Part shown: positions 23,815 through 25,291 of the stretch, piece by piece
Layout: each line of letters opens with the position of its first letter
How positions within the stretch are numbered: position 1 is the stretch's first letter
DNA from: a virus
Lineage: Duplodnaviria > Caudoviricetes
Virus record (IMG/VR): IMGVR_UViG_3300022178_002093
Coordinates: 1 to 25,291 of that record
Length of the DNA stretch: 25,291 bases
Reading direction: 5' to 3' (one strand)
Made by a program: the position numbers and the translations under genes
Notes under the pieces: generated by a model
Databases searched by the model: none
What the model saw: the letters and a program-made list of their open reading frames with translations, nothing else
Told to the model about the DNA's origin: nothing

Positions 23815-25291
23815 TATCTTCTTCCATCTGGGTTTACATCTGCTCTAAATGTACCAAATCTCCAAGTTTCGTTAACAGCATTATTCTGTATTTTAATGTT
23901 TGCAAGTCTTCCTCTAGCTCTTGTATCTATTTTTTGTGTACTAGAAGTAATAGTAAATGGACCTAATTGAGATGAAGCTCCGACATCAACAGGAAATTCT
24001 TTTAAAAATATTGTAACAACTGCGTTACCTTGTAAGTTTTTAAAATCAGGTAAAAATCTACTCACTCTTAACATATACTCACCATCTCCTTCTGTAGGTA
24101 AATCAAAATCTCCTGATTGAATATATGCAGGTATAGCAGTTTCCGTTCCATCTAAAGCTATTTCATTATTACCAACTTCTTGAGCAAAATATAATGATGC
24201 TCCAAAAGTATTTGTTGCTCCGCTTAAATTAGAAATTGTTGGAGTTGCAGTAGATGTATATTCTGTTGCATAAGGTACATCATAAGTACTAGCATCTGCA
24301 TATGAGCTTCTGGCAAGTGTCATAGTAGACCAACTATTTTCAACATAATTATATACTACAGCTCTATTATTTTGTACTGCAGGATTACCTAATGGTGTTC
24401 CTGCTGGGTAAAACCAAATTATTTCATTAAACAAAGAATTGTGCGAGCCATATATAATTTCATTAGATGAATAATTTATACCTACATTTGATCCGGTGGT
24501 CGTGAATACAAAGTCTTCTACAAGTGATGGAAGTAGTTTAACAGTACCATCAAATACAAAAAATCCTCCACCTGCTCCCATCCAAAATACTTTACCATCT
24601 GCATATACAGTAGCGTGTTGGCCGATACATCCACAGTTAGAACCAACTTGTCTTATTGAAAAAGTGAAAGGTGGACCAACAAACTGCATTGTGTATGCTG
24701 CTTGGTCTGTTAAAATTAAATTATAATCTTTACCAGATACTGCTGCTACAATCTTATTACCTGTATCAAGTCTAAATGTTCCTGCAGTATTTACTGAAGT
24801 TGGTTGGTAAACACTATAATTTTCTTGGTCACTAAATCTAATAAACATAGGGTCTTGTGTAGTAGAATCTCCTATAGTTGTTTCAGTTCCAAAGTGAACT
24901 ACATGTCTATCTCTATCTGAGGTTATTGTTAATCTTGATGCTGTTGGAGCACCTGTCATAATTACTGATCTTTGTTCTAATGGATTTGAAACACCTGGAT
25001 TCCATACAAATGTTTTACCATCTTTAACCGTTGCTATTAATTGTTCACCAAAGTTATCAAGTGACCATGATCCAGGATCTAGAATCAAAGAAGAAGTGGT
25101 TGTTCCAGAACCCCAAGTTAATCTACTCCAAGTTCCTGTACCCCAACCATAACCATATGTTTGTATTGTTGGACCAATTTCTTCATAAGGATTTATTGAA
25201 GCTCCACCTGCTGCAGACATTCCTGTTCCTGTTTCAGTAGTAGCCATTTTAATAGTAAATGAATTGGTAGCTGTAGATAGTACTTCAAAAG
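23814..25291 (-). CDS. Tail nozzle / packaged-DNA stabilisation protein (P22 gp10 or tail tubular B-like), 5'-truncated
   Basis: Frame is open to the window edge (..FEVLSTATNSFTIKMATT..); beta-propeller-like segments IRFSDQE, TAGTFRL, VFWMG, EIIWFYP, YNY..W; C-terminal DGRR. Confidence 0.75.
   Translation of the reverse strand, partial: FEVLSTATNSFTIKMATTETGTGMSAAGGASINPYEEIGPTIQTYGYGWGTGTWSRLTWGSGTTTSSLILDPGSWSLDNFGEQLIATVKDGKTFVWNPGVSNPLEQRSVIMTGAPTASRLTITSDRDRHVVHFGTETTIGDSTTQDPMFIRFSDQENYSVYQPTSVNTAGTFRLDTGNKIVAAVSGKDYNLILTDQAAYTMQFVGPPFTFSIRQVGSNCGCIGQHATVYADGKVFWMGAGGGFFVFDGTVKLLPSLVEDFVFTTTGSNVGINYSSNEIIYGSHNSLFNEIIWFYPAGTPLGNPAVQNNRAVVYNYVENSWSTMTLARSSYADASTYDVPYATEYTSTATPTISNLSGATNTFGASLYFAQEVGNNEIALDGTETAIPAYIQSGDFDLPTEGDGEYMLRVSRFLPDFKNLQGNAVVTIFLKEFPVDVGASSQLGPFTITSSTQKIDTRARGRLANIKIQNNAVNETWRFGTFRADVNPDGRR

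Larger units (their letters stand above)
1..25291. mobile_element. Tailed dsDNA phage genome segment (podovirus-like, probably pelagiphage-like)
   Basis: Phage-type replication module (PolA, AEP primase, two helicases, DUF3310, exonuclease) next to putative ejection and tail genes. Genes are tightly coupled by TAATG/ATGA overlaps and no host housekeeping genes are present. Host assignment is inference. Confidence 0.93.

Noticed and set aside
1-25291. tRNA, CRISPR array, DGR, intron/intein, integrase/att site, alternative genetic code
   Set aside because: None seen by eye; intergenic gaps are under 100 nt, PolA and helicases are of normal uninterrupted length, and ORFs read fully in code 11

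Overview
AT-rich (roughly 30-33% GC by eye), gene-dense segment of a tailed dsDNA phage. It is most likely a marine podovirus resembling SAR11 pelagiphages of the HTVC023P/HTVC010P kind; this is inferred from gene content and composition, and no database search was run. Left (1-2840): small early/unknown genes, a GIY-YIG nuclease, a ribbon-helix-helix-like protein and a divergent promoter region. Middle (2842-13197): replication module with a short C5-cytosine methyltransferase, Leu762-type family A DNA polymerase flanked by two Cys-rich microproteins, DUF3310, UvrD-like SF1 helicase, AEP primase with a Cys-rich C-terminal part, SSB-like protein, divergently transcribed SNF2-like helicase and a PD-(D/E)xK exonuclease. 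Right (13207-25291, minus strand): virion module with putative ejection/internal proteins, a GNAT-like protein, two glycosyltransferases, small conserved proteins and a 5'-truncated tail/DNA-stabilisation protein. Four small ORFs missing from the supplied track were recovered. The most notable signals are a strand-polarised GC-rich motif (TGGCCGGTG) inside coding regions, a shared xxGG motif in three putative ejection proteins, a glycosyltransferase pair within the virion genes and a possible PriL-like Fe-S domain in the primase. No tRNA, CRISPR array, integrase or IS element was seen.
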